Of a stretch of 64,000 nucleotides of DNA, positions 10,052 to 19,282 are shown one piece after another. Position 1 is the stretch's first letter, and each line of letters opens with the position of its first letter. The DNA comes from Spirochaetia bacterium (GTDB taxonomy: Bacteria; Spirochaetota; Spirochaetia; SZUA-6; Bin103), in assembly GCA_965208575.1 (NCBI GenBank), contig CBDBOV010000005.1, forward strand, positions 512,001-576,000, in the 5' to 3' direction. Below the pieces are notes generated by a model. It saw only the letters and a list, made by a program, of their open reading frames with translations, searched no databases and had not been told where the DNA came from. Made by a program: the position numbers and the translations under genes.

Positions 10052-10453
10052 CTACGGCGGGCACACGGTCGGAATGACGCCGCGCTTGTTGCGTCGATAC
10101 ACCCCGAAGTCAGTGCGGTCGACGGTGATTACCGAGTAGCGTGGGAACAGTTCGCTCATGCGGATCAGGCAAAGGTCGGCAAGATCGGGCGACCGATCTT
10201 CATACTTCGACGCCAATTCGGCAAGGCGATCCAGGTGGCTCGCCGCGTTGAACGCCAGCCGAATGAACCCGTCGTCGATCATCGCCAGCACGACCGAAAC
10301 GCTCGCAAGGTGGTACGCTGCCTCGGCCAGGACCGCCTCGCAGGTGAGGCATGGCGGGGAGACGCGCTGCGCCACACTGACGGCCCACTCGTGATGGACA
10401 TCGCGGGCATTGGCGAATGCTACCAGGAAGCCCGTGTCGGCCAGACCCATCAC
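10052..10453 (-). CDS. PIN domain (VapC-like) toxin
   Basis: LADTGFLVA...D.HH, TCEAVLAEA, DLADLCL, TVD..DF..YR. Confidence 0.85.
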   Translation of the reverse strand: MMGLADTGFLVAFANARDVHHEWAVSVAQRVSPPCLTCEAVLAEAAYHLASVSVVLAMIDDGFIRLAFNAASHLDRLAELASKYEDRSPDLADLCLIRMSELFPRYSVITVDRTDFGVYRRNKRGVIPTVCPP

Positions 10454-10665
10454 GAGGACGAGAAACCCTTCCGGGTCGAAAGATCCGGAGCCAGTCGAAC
10501 CGACCCCGCGAGACGCAGGTAGTGCCGACTCTGCAAGTCCTCACGCCGCGCCTTCTCCAGTTGCTCGCGGATCAGGCGCCCTTGCGAAACGCCCATCGCC
10601 TTGGCAGTCGTCTCCACCCACGCTGCGAGATCCTCTTGCAAACGTATCGTTAACGTGTGACTCAT
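10450..10665 (-). CDS. Ribbon-helix-helix/CopG antitoxin (VapB-like)
   Basis: MSHTLTIRLQEDLAAWVETTAKAMGVSQGRLIREQLE; its stop overlaps the PIN start. Confidence 0.8.
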   Translation of the reverse strand: MSHTLTIRLQEDLAAWVETTAKAMGVSQGRLIREQLEKARREDLQSRHYLRLAGSVRLAPDLSTRKGFSSS

Positions 10666-10773
10666 ACGGCACATAGTTAACACATCCCGGCGGTCCGTCA
10701 AGCTGCCCCTCGCGTCGTCACCGGCTTGCACGGGCAGTCTGTTTTCGGTACCATTTTCGTACTGGAGGCGAGC

Positions 10774-11043
10774 GTGGACCTGGAGACATCCATTCGGCCA
10801 ATTTCGCAGGTAAAGAGCCAGGCGGCGGAGATGCTCCGGCATGTCAACGAGACACGGGACCCGATCATCATCACCCAACGCGGTGAGGCCAAGGGGGTGC
10901 TCGTCGATCCGCGCAGTTACCAGGAGATGGTGGACTCGCTCGGCATCCTGAAGCTGATCTCGCAGAGCGAGCGGTCGATCGAACTCGGCGAGGTGACGCC
11001 GCACGAAGAGCTGATGACGGCTCTGCGACGCCGCCTCGATTGA
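10774..11043 (+). CDS. Phd/YefM family antitoxin
   Basis: GGAGG RBS then GTG; IRPISQVKSQAAEML...PIIITQRGEAKGVLVD..SYQ. Confidence 0.88.
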   Translation: MDLETSIRPISQVKSQAAEMLRHVNETRDPIIITQRGEAKGVLVDPRSYQEMVDSLGILKLISQSERSIELGEVTPHEELMTALRRRLD

Positions 11044-11360
11044 TCCGCATCGTTTGGGCAACTCCCGCGACTCACGACTTGACAGAGGTCGTCGACTACC
11101 TGGCGCGGGACTCCCCGGCCGCCGCCGCCCGATTCCTGGCCCGCGTCGACCAGACCGTGAGCCGGCTGGGATCGCTGCCGCGCCTTGGCCGGGTGGTACC
11201 GGAACTCGAACGGCATCACGTGCTTCGCTATCGTGAGGTCGTGCTCAATCCTTGGCGTGTGATCTATCGCGCCGACCCGGACCGAGTCTACGTGCTCGCG
11301 GTGATCGACGGCAGGCGCAACGTGGAAGACATCCTCCTGCGGCGACTCCTGCGAACGTAA
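11040..11360 (+). CDS. RelE/ParE family toxin
   Basis: IVWATPATHDL.EVVDYLARDSP.AA, GRVVPE, WRVIYR, VLAVIDGRR; overlaps the antitoxin stop. Confidence 0.88.
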   Translation: MIRIVWATPATHDLTEVVDYLARDSPAAAARFLARVDQTVSRLGSLPRLGRVVPELERHHVLRYREVVLNPWRVIYRADPDRVYVLAVIDGRRNVEDILLRRLLRT

Positions 11361-11456
11361 CGGCGCTACCGGTGCGGCGGGGCAGCTCTCTTGTTGTATG
11401 CTGTGGCCGGCGACAGCGGCGCCGCCGTCGCCACGTAACGAGACGAAGGAGACCAC

Positions 11457-12914
11457 ATGGCACGCGCGGACCGCCCCAACATCGTATTCATACTGACCGA
11501 CGACCAGGCCGTCTGGGCCGCCGGCTGCTACGGCAATGCGGAGATCCGGACGCCGAACCTCGACCGTATCGCCGCCACCGGGGTGCGGTTCGAGAACTAC
11601 TTCGTCACCGTCCCGGTCTGCTCCGCCAGCCGGGCCACGCTGTTGACCGGCCGGATCCCCTCCCAGCACGGCGTGCACGACTTCCTCAAGGGTCCGCGCG
11701 CCTTGGGGGCGGATCCGCGCACCTTCCTGACCGACGAGGTCTGTTACACGGACGTGCTCGCCGAGCACGGCTGGAACTGCGCCCTGTCCGGGAAGTGGCA
11801 CCTGGGCTCCAGCTCGCTGCCCCAGCATCGGTTCTCACACTGGTTCGCCCACCCCCGCGGCGCCGGTCACTACAACGACCACGACATGGTCCGCAACGGC
11901 ACGACCGTGGCCACGTCCGGCTACGTGACCAACGTCATTACCGACGATGCGCTGGCCTACATCAATGCGCACGCCGCCGACGCGGACCCGTTCTACCTGA
12001 GCGTGCACTACACCGCCCCGCACGCCCCCTGGACCGGCCATCCTCAGGACATCGTCGACTCCTACGACGATTGCGCCTTCGCATCGTGCCCCCAGGAGGA
12101 GCTCCATCCGTGGGCGAAAGTGCCCAAGGGCAGCCCGTTCGCGGCGAGCAGCGGGCTGAGCGACAACATGGGGAACCGGGAATCCCTCAAAGGCTACTTT
12201 GCCGCGGTCACCGCCCTCGACCTGGACGTGGGCAGGATCCTGGACAAGCTCGAGGAGAAGGGGCTGCGGGGCGACACCCTGGTCGTGTTCACCTCCGACA
12301 ACGGCTACTCCTGCGGTCATCACGGCTTCTGGGGCAAGGGCAACGGCACGTTCCCGGTGAACATGTACGAGAACTCGATCAAGGTGCCGTTCCTGGCCAC
12401 GCATCCGGGGGTGATCCCGGAGGGGATCGTGCAGTCGGCCATGGTCAGTGAGCACGATTTCATGCCCACCCTGCTCGACTACGTCGGGCTGCCCCTGCCC
12501 GACACCAATCTCGCCGGGACCTCGTTTCTTGCCGCGCTGCAGGATGAGGAGGCGAGCGGGCGCGAGCAGGTCTGCGTGTACGACGAGTACGGCTCCTGCC
12601 GGATGATCCGGACCGCCGAGTGGAAGTACGTGCACCGCTACTCCGATCATCCCAACGAGCTGTGGGACTTGGTCAACGACCCCGACGAGCGCACCAATCT
12701 GATCGATGATCCGGCCCAGGCGGGTCGTGTTGAGGAGCTGCGAGGCCGGATGGAAGCGTGGTTCGCCCGGTACGTCGAGCCCGACAAGGATGGCCTGGCC
12801 TACAACGTCACCGGTGCCGGGCAGGTCCGCCCGGTCGGCAAGAAGTGGGAGGACGGCACCGACCCGTTCGACCCTGCCGTCACCCAGCCGCCCGTGGGCG
12901 GACGCGACCGCTGA
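11457..12914 (+). CDS. Sulfatase (formylglycine type)
   Basis: RPNIVFILTDDQ, TPNLDR, CSASRATLLTG, GKWHLG, FTSDNG, YENSIKVP, ELWDLVNDPDE. Confidence 0.92.
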   Translation: MARADRPNIVFILTDDQAVWAAGCYGNAEIRTPNLDRIAATGVRFENYFVTVPVCSASRATLLTGRIPSQHGVHDFLKGPRALGADPRTFLTDEVCYTDVLAEHGWNCALSGKWHLGSSSLPQHRFSHWFAHPRGAGHYNDHDMVRNGTTVATSGYVTNVITDDALAYINAHAADADPFYLSVHYTAPHAPWTGHPQDIVDSYDDCAFASCPQEELHPWAKVPKGSPFAASSGLSDNMGNRESLKGYFAAVTALDLDVGRILDKLEEKGLRGDTLVVFTSDNGYSCGHHGFWGKGNGTFPVNMYENSIKVPFLATHPGVIPEGIVQSAMVSEHDFMPTLLDYVGLPLPDTNLAGTSFLAALQDEEASGREQVCVYDEYGSCRMIRTAEWKYVHRYSDHPNELWDLVNDPDERTNLIDDPAQAGRVEELRGRMEAWFARYVEPDKDGLAYNVTGAGQVRPVGKKWEDGTDPFDPAVTQPPVGGRDR

Positions 12915-13048
12915 GGCTGATCCATCTCAACGCCGCGCGGCTGACCCGTGGGTCTGCCCGGAGGCCCTGGTCTGCGCGTATGGGGTCGCGGTCAGCAGCG
13001 CACGGGCCTCAGCCTGGCGTCGCATCCGTGGCACTCGGCGACGTCACA

Positions 13049-13393
13049 TCACCCCAGGCCCAGCAACAGTCGCAGACCCTCGTCGATCGCCTTCAACTCA
13101 TCGGCGCTGACCCGACCGAAGACCCTCGTAACGCGCCGCTTGTCGACGGCACGGACCTGGTCCACCAATGCGTATGAAGAGGCTCGCAGGCCGCTCCCGC
13201 CCGGCGCCAACGACGGATAGAGGGCGCCCTCACCTCGGGTCATGGTGACCGGAACAACACAGACCATCGGGAAGCGCTGGTCCTCCGTCACCTCTGGATC
13301 GGTTACCACCACGCACGGCCGCACGCCCTGCTGCTCGTGGCCGCGGGTCGGGTCGAGTGTCACCAGAACGATGGTTCCGCGACCGAGTCGCAC
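13049..13393 (-). CDS. PemK/MazF family toxin
   Basis: LDPTRGHEQQGVRPCVVV, VVPVT, ALVDQVRAVDKRR. Confidence 0.9.
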   Translation of the reverse strand: MRLGRGTIVLVTLDPTRGHEQQGVRPCVVVTDPEVTEDQRFPMVCVVPVTMTRGEGALYPSLAPGGSGLRASSYALVDQVRAVDKRRVTRVFGRVSADELKAIDEGLRLLLGLG

Positions 13394-13443
13394 GACGCGC
13401 TACTCCGAGACCCCGCGCGTGGCGCCATCCGTGGTCGCGCACA

Positions 13444-13737
13444 CTATTGCTCGACCCAGCCCTCTCCAGGGATCCAGCGAACGGCCTGGCCCTTCGCCAG
13501 GTCAACCAGGTCCTCGTCTCCATCAGGTAGACCGGCCAACCACTCGCGCTCGCCGGCTTCGGCGAGCGCCCTGCTCTCCACGTGGGGCTTCCGCAGCGAG
13601 CGGCGAAGCTCGTCCCGCCGGCGCCGGTCCAGCTCCCTTTGGACCGAGCGCAAAACGAACTTGCTCCGATTGCGCTCGCGGCGGTCGATTTCCCGAACCA
13701 GCTCCGCGGGCAGCGTGACGGTGACCCGCTCATTCAT
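13444..13737 (-). CDS. CopG/RHH antitoxin of the MazF-like toxin
   Basis: ERVTVTLPAELVREIDRRERNRSKFV; lies directly upstream of the toxin. Confidence 0.78.
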   Translation of the reverse strand: MNERVTVTLPAELVREIDRRERNRSKFVLRSVQRELDRRRRDELRRSLRKPHVESRALAEAGEREWLAGLPDGDEDLVDLAKGQAVRWIPGEGWVEQ

Positions 13738-13821
13738 TGAGTCATATCCTCAGTAAGATCATACTCAGCCCCGACCCTCACGAACAAGGCCGACACACGC
13801 CCCTGCTGCCCATACCGCCAA

Positions 13822-13893
13822 CGAGTTGCGCGGGGCATCGCCGATGATGTCCTGCGCAACCTCCACGTGCGCGGCAAGTACCGCGACGTGATC
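13822..13893 (+). pseudogene. Short scar of an hsdM 5' end
   Basis: GGGGCATCGCCGATGATGTCCTGCGCAACCTCCACGTGCGCGGCAAGTACCGCGACGTGATC encodes GIADDVLRNLHVRGKYRDVI, nearly identical to codons near the start of both hsdM copies (~18053 and ~23107). Confidence 0.85.
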
Positions 13894-14161
13894 AACGACG
13901 TGATCTTGGTCGCACGAAGTTGGATGCCCAGGTGCCCTTCGGTCAGGAACTTGCGCGCGCCGGGGTAGCCGGCGGCTCCCACAGCACGTCGAGCGCCGCC
14001 GTCAGATCGAGCGACTCGCCGAACCACTCCGGCGTGGCCGTGTGCGGGCCGATGCTGACACCGGCTGCCGCCAGCTGCGTCAAGTGCATCGATTGCCTGG
14101 ACTGAGCGGAAACTCATATCTACTGGTCAGAAATGTGATATTTATAGTGTCCAAATCAGTC

Positions 14162-15100
14162 ATGCACACTGAGCGTATCCCCAACCGAGTCGGATGCGGA
14201 CACCCCAGAGAACGCTTGGCCTCGTCCGGTGTCTATCGGGAACTCGGCGTGGGCGAATCGACGGTTTGCACGACACCCCGGAATGGGCCATGCACCGTCG
14301 AATTGCAGCATGTTGATGAAAGATCCGTTAGCGTGCGGGTCAACGGCGCGGTGATCCCGATCTCGCTGGGACACTTTGCCAGCAGATCGCAGGGCAATCC
14401 GGCAGACGACGTGGTCAGCATGGTCAACCGGGAGGGGCTTCGCATCGGCGCCGACATCACCCGTAACTATATGAGTGGGACCAAGTACTCGCTCAGCATG
14501 GTGAACCTCGCGGAGGATGCCCTCATCTACGTGGGACCTGCCGATGAGCCGCTCTCTGGTCCCGGCAGTTGTCGTTTTCCGGTGCCCGATTACGAATGGA
14601 ACTTCGGCGAGAACTGGCTCAATCCGGTACCCTATGGCTGGCATCTGGGGGTTGATCTGGACGGCGATCAGGGTCACCCGCTGGCAGCCGTAACCGACGG
14701 CACCGTTGTTGCGGTCCGGTACTTCGACGCCGCGCATCAGGAAGAAGACTACTGGGGCAACGGCCTGGCGCTGCTCGGCGATGACCGCCGGATCTATATC
14801 TACATGCACTGGGACAGCTTGGCGGAAGGAGTGTCGAAGGGCAGCCGCGTCAGCGCCGGCGATGAACTGGGCCGGATGGGACGATCCGGGTTTGCGTCGA
14901 AACCGTTTCCCACCCATCTTCATTTCGAAATCCTGATTCTCCGTCACCCGGAGAGGTTCCGCTTTGCGTTTGAGCTCGAGCCTGATGTTCTGCCCACGCC
15001 GAACCGCGTGTTGCCGCCGGAAACAGAGGGATGCGCCGTGAATCCGTACCCGTACCTGGTAGAGTGGTACCTGAGCACAAAGAATAACGGAACATCCTGA
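14162..15100 (+). CDS. M23 family metallopeptidase domain protein
   Basis: WHLGVDL (HxxxD), AVTDGTVV, YMH, G.MGRSG, THLHFEI, VNPYPYL. The start position is uncertain. Confidence 0.8.
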   Translation: MHTERIPNRVGCGHPRERLASSGVYRELGVGESTVCTTPRNGPCTVELQHVDERSVSVRVNGAVIPISLGHFASRSQGNPADDVVSMVNREGLRIGADITRNYMSGTKYSLSMVNLAEDALIYVGPADEPLSGPGSCRFPVPDYEWNFGENWLNPVPYGWHLGVDLDGDQGHPLAAVTDGTVVAVRYFDAAHQEEDYWGNGLALLGDDRRIYIYMHWDSLAEGVSKGSRVSAGDELGRMGRSGFASKPFPTHLHFEILILRHPERFRFAFELEPDVLPTPNRVLPPETEGCAVNPYPYLVEWYLSTKNNGTS

Positions 15101-15159
15101 ATCTGTTCGCTTTCCCAATGGTCGATGGCGCCCGGATGAACAATCGGACCATGCGTTAG

Positions 15160-16164
15160 GATGTCTGGCGGGACGATGGAAGCGATCGTTGGGGCGAGGC
15201 TCTCAAGACCTATCGCCCGTTTCTCCCGTACAACGAATTGGGCTCGATCCCCGACCGGCGACCGGCCGACCTGTACGACACGATGTCGGCGGCGTTGGGG
15301 CTCGACGCCCTCGTTGACGCCCGCCGCCGGTTGCGCGAGCGGAGAAGCGAGCGCGATAAACAGGTTCGCACCGCCGAATCCGGACGGCGCGAGTGGTATC
15401 GAAACGTAGAAGCGCTCGACGATGAACGGGCGCGGACCTGCGCGCAGGCGATCGGCACGCCGAAGGTCGGTTCGTGGGATCTCGATGCCGTGGAGCTGGT
15501 TCTGGAAGGCGCAATCGAACCGGAAGGCGAGGGTGAGATCGCCCTGTTGCGCGGACTCGCGGCCCTTTCCGTGCCGAGCGTCGAACAAGTACAGGCTGTG
15601 GCGGCCGGTTTGCGTACTACGGCGGAAGCGGCACGCGCTGCCGAGCAGACCGATGCCGGCCGCGCTCGGCAGATCGCGGATCTGCTTCAGGGCTCTCTTG
15701 CGCTGCACGCGGCGCATGGCGATCGTCCGTGCCCGGTATGTGGCTCCGGTGAGCTGACTCTCGCATGGCGGTCGCGGACGGAAGCCGAAGTGCGGCGCCT
15801 GCGTGCCGAGGCGGAAGCCGCGCATCGCGCCGGGCAGGCACTTGCCGACGCGCGGCGCGATGCGCAGACCCTGTTGTCCGCACCGCCGAACACGTTGCGC
15901 CAGGCAACGCCACCCGGGGTCGACGTGCACGCACTGCTGAACGCCGCACGCACCCTGATGGCGAAACTGGCGCTCGCCCTGTTCGATGATGCCGGACGCA
16001 CCGGCGAGGTACTGGGCAGAATCAACCGCTCCGACCATGGCTGGGCCGACACCGTCAGGTGGGCGAACAGTGGAGCGCACGGGGCCGCCGACGCGGCCGG
16101 GGACCTGCCGCGGATGGTCCGCGCGACCGAACGCCTGTCGCGCTGGCTCAGCAAGCGGCCATAG
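15160..16164 (+). pseudogene. Remnant of a Rad50/SMC-like ATPase (coiled coil with CPVC zinc hook and C-terminal RxxNxxxH)
   Basis: YRPFLPYNELGS...LYDTMSAALGL, Ala/Arg-rich coiled coil, CPVCG, C-terminal VRWANSGAHG. Walker A, the ABC signature and Walker B are absent. Confidence 0.6.
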
Positions 16165-16169
16165 CCGCC

Positions 16170-16565
16170 ATGACGCCGGTGGAGGTCCTCGCAGCGGCGG
16201 ATGCGCTGGCCGGACCTGGCCGGAGCACCCGCGTCGACGGCTGGCCGCGGGTGGTTGCGGTGCTCGCTCGACATGCGATCGAGGAAGCGCTGCGCCAATA
16301 CTGGGCCCTGCGTGAGCCGGGCATGGAACACTGCACGTGGCACGCGCAACTGCTGTGCCTCACCGCCTACCTGAGCAACCGCGACCTCGCGCGTGAAACC
16401 GCCGCCGCGTGGTCCAATCTGAGCCGCGCCTGCCACCACCACCCCTACGACCTTGCCCCGACCGCCACCGAGTTGCGCGGCCTCCTGGACGTCGCCCACC
16501 GGTTCGCCGCCGAAGTCGCCCGCCAAGCCGCCTCCCGCCGATCCACGACGTCGTGGACCGAATAA
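16170..16565 (+). CDS. Small alpha-helical protein with HEPN-like motif
   Basis: LARHAIEEAL...QLLCL...WSNLSRACHHHPYDLAPT; starts 5 nt after the SMC-like remnant. Confidence 0.6.
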   Translation: MTPVEVLAAADALAGPGRSTRVDGWPRVVAVLARHAIEEALRQYWALREPGMEHCTWHAQLLCLTAYLSNRDLARETAAAWSNLSRACHHHPYDLAPTATELRGLLDVAHRFAAEVARQAASRRSTTSWTE

Positions 16566-16850
16566 AGGAGGAGCGCGACATAAGACGCAGCTACCGCAAC
16601 ACGATCCCAGTGCGGCCACCGCCAAGCCGACGCGGTCGCCCGACGTCCCGTCCCGTGGTGCCTGAGCAGGGCTATGCGCCAACCCAAAGCCGGTTGCCAC
16701 TGACGCCGTCGTTGGTATTCTATCAGGGAGCGGAGCGGTGCCGCATGGAAGGACGGCAGAGCTTGCCAGTCCTTCGACGATGGGTTTACGTGCGGCTGAC
16801 GCACACGCACGCTCCGCTTACTACGGGAATCGTAGAGGTAGAGTATCAGA

Positions 16851-17048
16851 GTGCTTTTGACTGACGGCGAATTCGCTTCCATCCTGAGTGACGACACCAA
16901 GCGTATCGAGCAGGACCTTGCCTGGAATGAGGACGAGGACCACTCCCCGGCGTTTGAGTTCCGTGTCAACGTCGACTCGACGAGTGGGTGGCCGTTGTTC
17001 GTAAAGGGACGCTACAACGCGGCGGCCGGGACGCTGAATTACGTGTAA
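16851..17048 (+). pseudogene. Probably truncated small upstream partner of the DUF1828 gene
   Basis: MLLTDGEFASILSDDTKRIEQDLAW...FEFRV...LFVKGRYN; only 65 aa, coupled to the next gene by a TAATG overlap. Confidence 0.5.
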
Positions 17049-17827
17049 TGAAAGACCGTTGCGTGTACCAGGATCTGCAGCGAGAGATCGGCGCATTGTT
17101 CACGTGTTCAGATCACGGCGAATATCAGAGAATACGCACGCCCTATCTCTACCCGGACGGCGATCACATCGATCTCTTCTGTAAGGTTGTCGATGACGTA
17201 GTGACGGTAAGCGACCTCGCTGAGACCACGGGTTGGCTGCGCATGCAGTCGCTGGCCATGCGCCGTTCTCCGAAGCAAAGACGACTTATAGAAGATACTT
17301 GTGTGACTCATGGGATAGAGCTCTACCGCGGAATGCTTCAGGCGCGGTGCCGTCGCGGCGACGAATTGGCTTCCGTCGTTACGCGGGTCGCGCAGGCGGC
17401 TCTGCGGGTTTCCGACTTGTGGTTTACGTTTCGAACGCAGGCCGTGCAGTCAATTACGGACGAAGTAGCAGATTTTCTCGACGACCGCGAGCTAGGATTC
17501 GAGCGCTCCGAGAGACTCGCCGGCCGGTCGGGACGTGGTTGGACGGTCGATTTCCACGTTCGGGCCGAGTCTCGAAGTTCATTGGTTCAGGTGCTGAGCA
17601 CCGGAAATCGGGCGGCGGCCCACCGAGTCTCCGAGCATGTGTTGGCGGCGTGGCACGATCTAAATCACCTTGCAGCCGGGCCGGAAGCGCTAACCTTCGT
17701 TTCGCTGTTCGACGACACCGCCGACGTATGGGCGGATGAGGACTTTCGGTTGGTCGAGCCGCTGTCCATAGTGTCACGCTGGTCGCGGCCCGACGAACTC
17801 GCCGCTGTTCTGAGCGGGGCAGCATGA
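17048..17827 (+). CDS. DUF1828/DUF1829 domain protein
   Basis: RIRTPYLYPDGDHIDLF...VSDLAET.GWL; the C-terminal GRSGRGWTVDF segment resembles a restriction-endonuclease-like fold. Confidence 0.75.
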   Translation: MKDRCVYQDLQREIGALFTCSDHGEYQRIRTPYLYPDGDHIDLFCKVVDDVVTVSDLAETTGWLRMQSLAMRRSPKQRRLIEDTCVTHGIELYRGMLQARCRRGDELASVVTRVAQAALRVSDLWFTFRTQAVQSITDEVADFLDDRELGFERSERLAGRSGRGWTVDFHVRAESRSSLVQVLSTGNRAAAHRVSEHVLAAWHDLNHLAAGPEALTFVSLFDDTADVWADEDFRLVEPLSIVSRWSRPDELAAVLSGAA

Positions 17828-18012
17828 CAAGCACTCCGGATCCAGGAGCACGGCGTGGGCGAGATCATTTCGCGGTTCGATGGTGATCCGCGAGGTGCTG
17901 GAAGCCGACGATGGCAGGTCGCATGGAGTATCCGTGAGCCAGGAGCAGCCCATAGCCGACGTGGATCGACGGCTCTGCGCGGCGTGTCGCGACCCCAGGA
18001 CATAGTGCGAAG

Positions 18013-19146
18013 ATGAGCAACGGCGAGTTGAACTGGATCGCGAACTACATCTGGGGCATCGCCGACGATGTCCTGCGCGACCTGTACGTGCGCGGCAAGT
18101 ACCGCGACGTGATCCTGCCGATGACCGTGCTGCGGCGCCTCGACGCGGTATTGGAGGATAGCAAGCAGGCGGTCCTGGACATGAAGGCTTCGCTCGACGC
18201 CGCCGGAGTGGTGGAGCAGGACCCCGCCCTGCGCCAAGCGGCCGGTCAGGCGTTCTACAATACCTCCCGCTTCACCCTGAGCGACCTGCGCGCTCGCGCC
18301 AACCCGCAGCAGCTCGCCGCCGACTTCACGGCGTACCTCGACGGGTTCTCGCCTAACGTGCAGGACATCCTCGGCAACTTCGAGTTCCGCAACCAGATCC
18401 CGCGCCTGTCCCGTGCCGACGCCCTGGGCACCCTGATCGAGAAGCTCACCTCGCCCGACATCAATCTGAGCCCCGCTGCGGTTCGCAACGCCGACGGCTC
18501 GGTCAAGCATCCCGGGCTCGACAACCACGGCATGGGCACGATCTTCGAGGAGCTCGTGCGCCGTTTCAACGAGGAGAACAACGAGGAGGCGGGCGAGCAC
18601 TGGACCCCGCGCGACGCCGTTCGGTTGATGGCGAAGCTGGTCTTCCTGCCCATCGCCGATCAGATCACTTCCGGCACCTACTTGCTGTACGCCGGCGCCT
18701 GCGGCACCGGCGGCATGCTGACCGTGGCCGAGGAGACGCTGCAGGAACTCGCCGCCGAACACGGCAAGGAGGTCGCCACCCACCTGTACGGCCAGGAGAT
18801 CAACGCCGAGACCTTCGCCATCTGCAAGGCAGACCTGCTGCTGAAAGGGGAGGGCGAGGCCGCTGACAACATCGTGGGCGGCCCCGAGCACTCCACCCTG
18901 TTCAAGGACGCCTTCCCGTCGCACGAGTTCGACTTCATGCTCTCCAATCCGCCCTACGGCAAGAGCTGGAAGACCGACTTGGAGCGGATGGGCGGCAAGC
19001 GCGACATGCGCGACCCCCGCTTCGTGATCGAGCACGCGGGCGATCCCGAGTACTCGCTGGTGACCCGCTCCAGCGACGCCCAGATGCTGTTCCTGGCCAA
19101 CAAGCTCTCCAAAATGAAGCAGGCCACCGCCCTCGGCAGCCGCATC
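18013..19146 (+). pseudogene. hsdM: Type I RM methyltransferase, 3'-truncated copy
   Basis: Nearly identical to 23067-24200 up to ALGSRI, then unrelated sequence. SAM motif reads YAGACGTGG (vs YDGACGTGG) and SSDAQ (vs SSDGQ). Confidence 0.9.
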
Positions 19147-19282
19147 CGCCAACCCGTAGTCAAGGTTCCTGTTGACTCGTTCACGATCTGTAGTAATGCT
19201 AGCTTGAGCGACAGCAGGCATGCTTGGCCGGTGGCTCGGTCGGGCATGCTGGTGAATAGCGCCGGGCGAGAGAGGAGCAACC

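Noticed and set aside
19172-19200. Sigma70 promoter for Gabija (TTGACT...TAGTAATG)
   Set aside because: The -35 box is good but no -10 hexamer fits at canonical spacing, so it is too weak to call.
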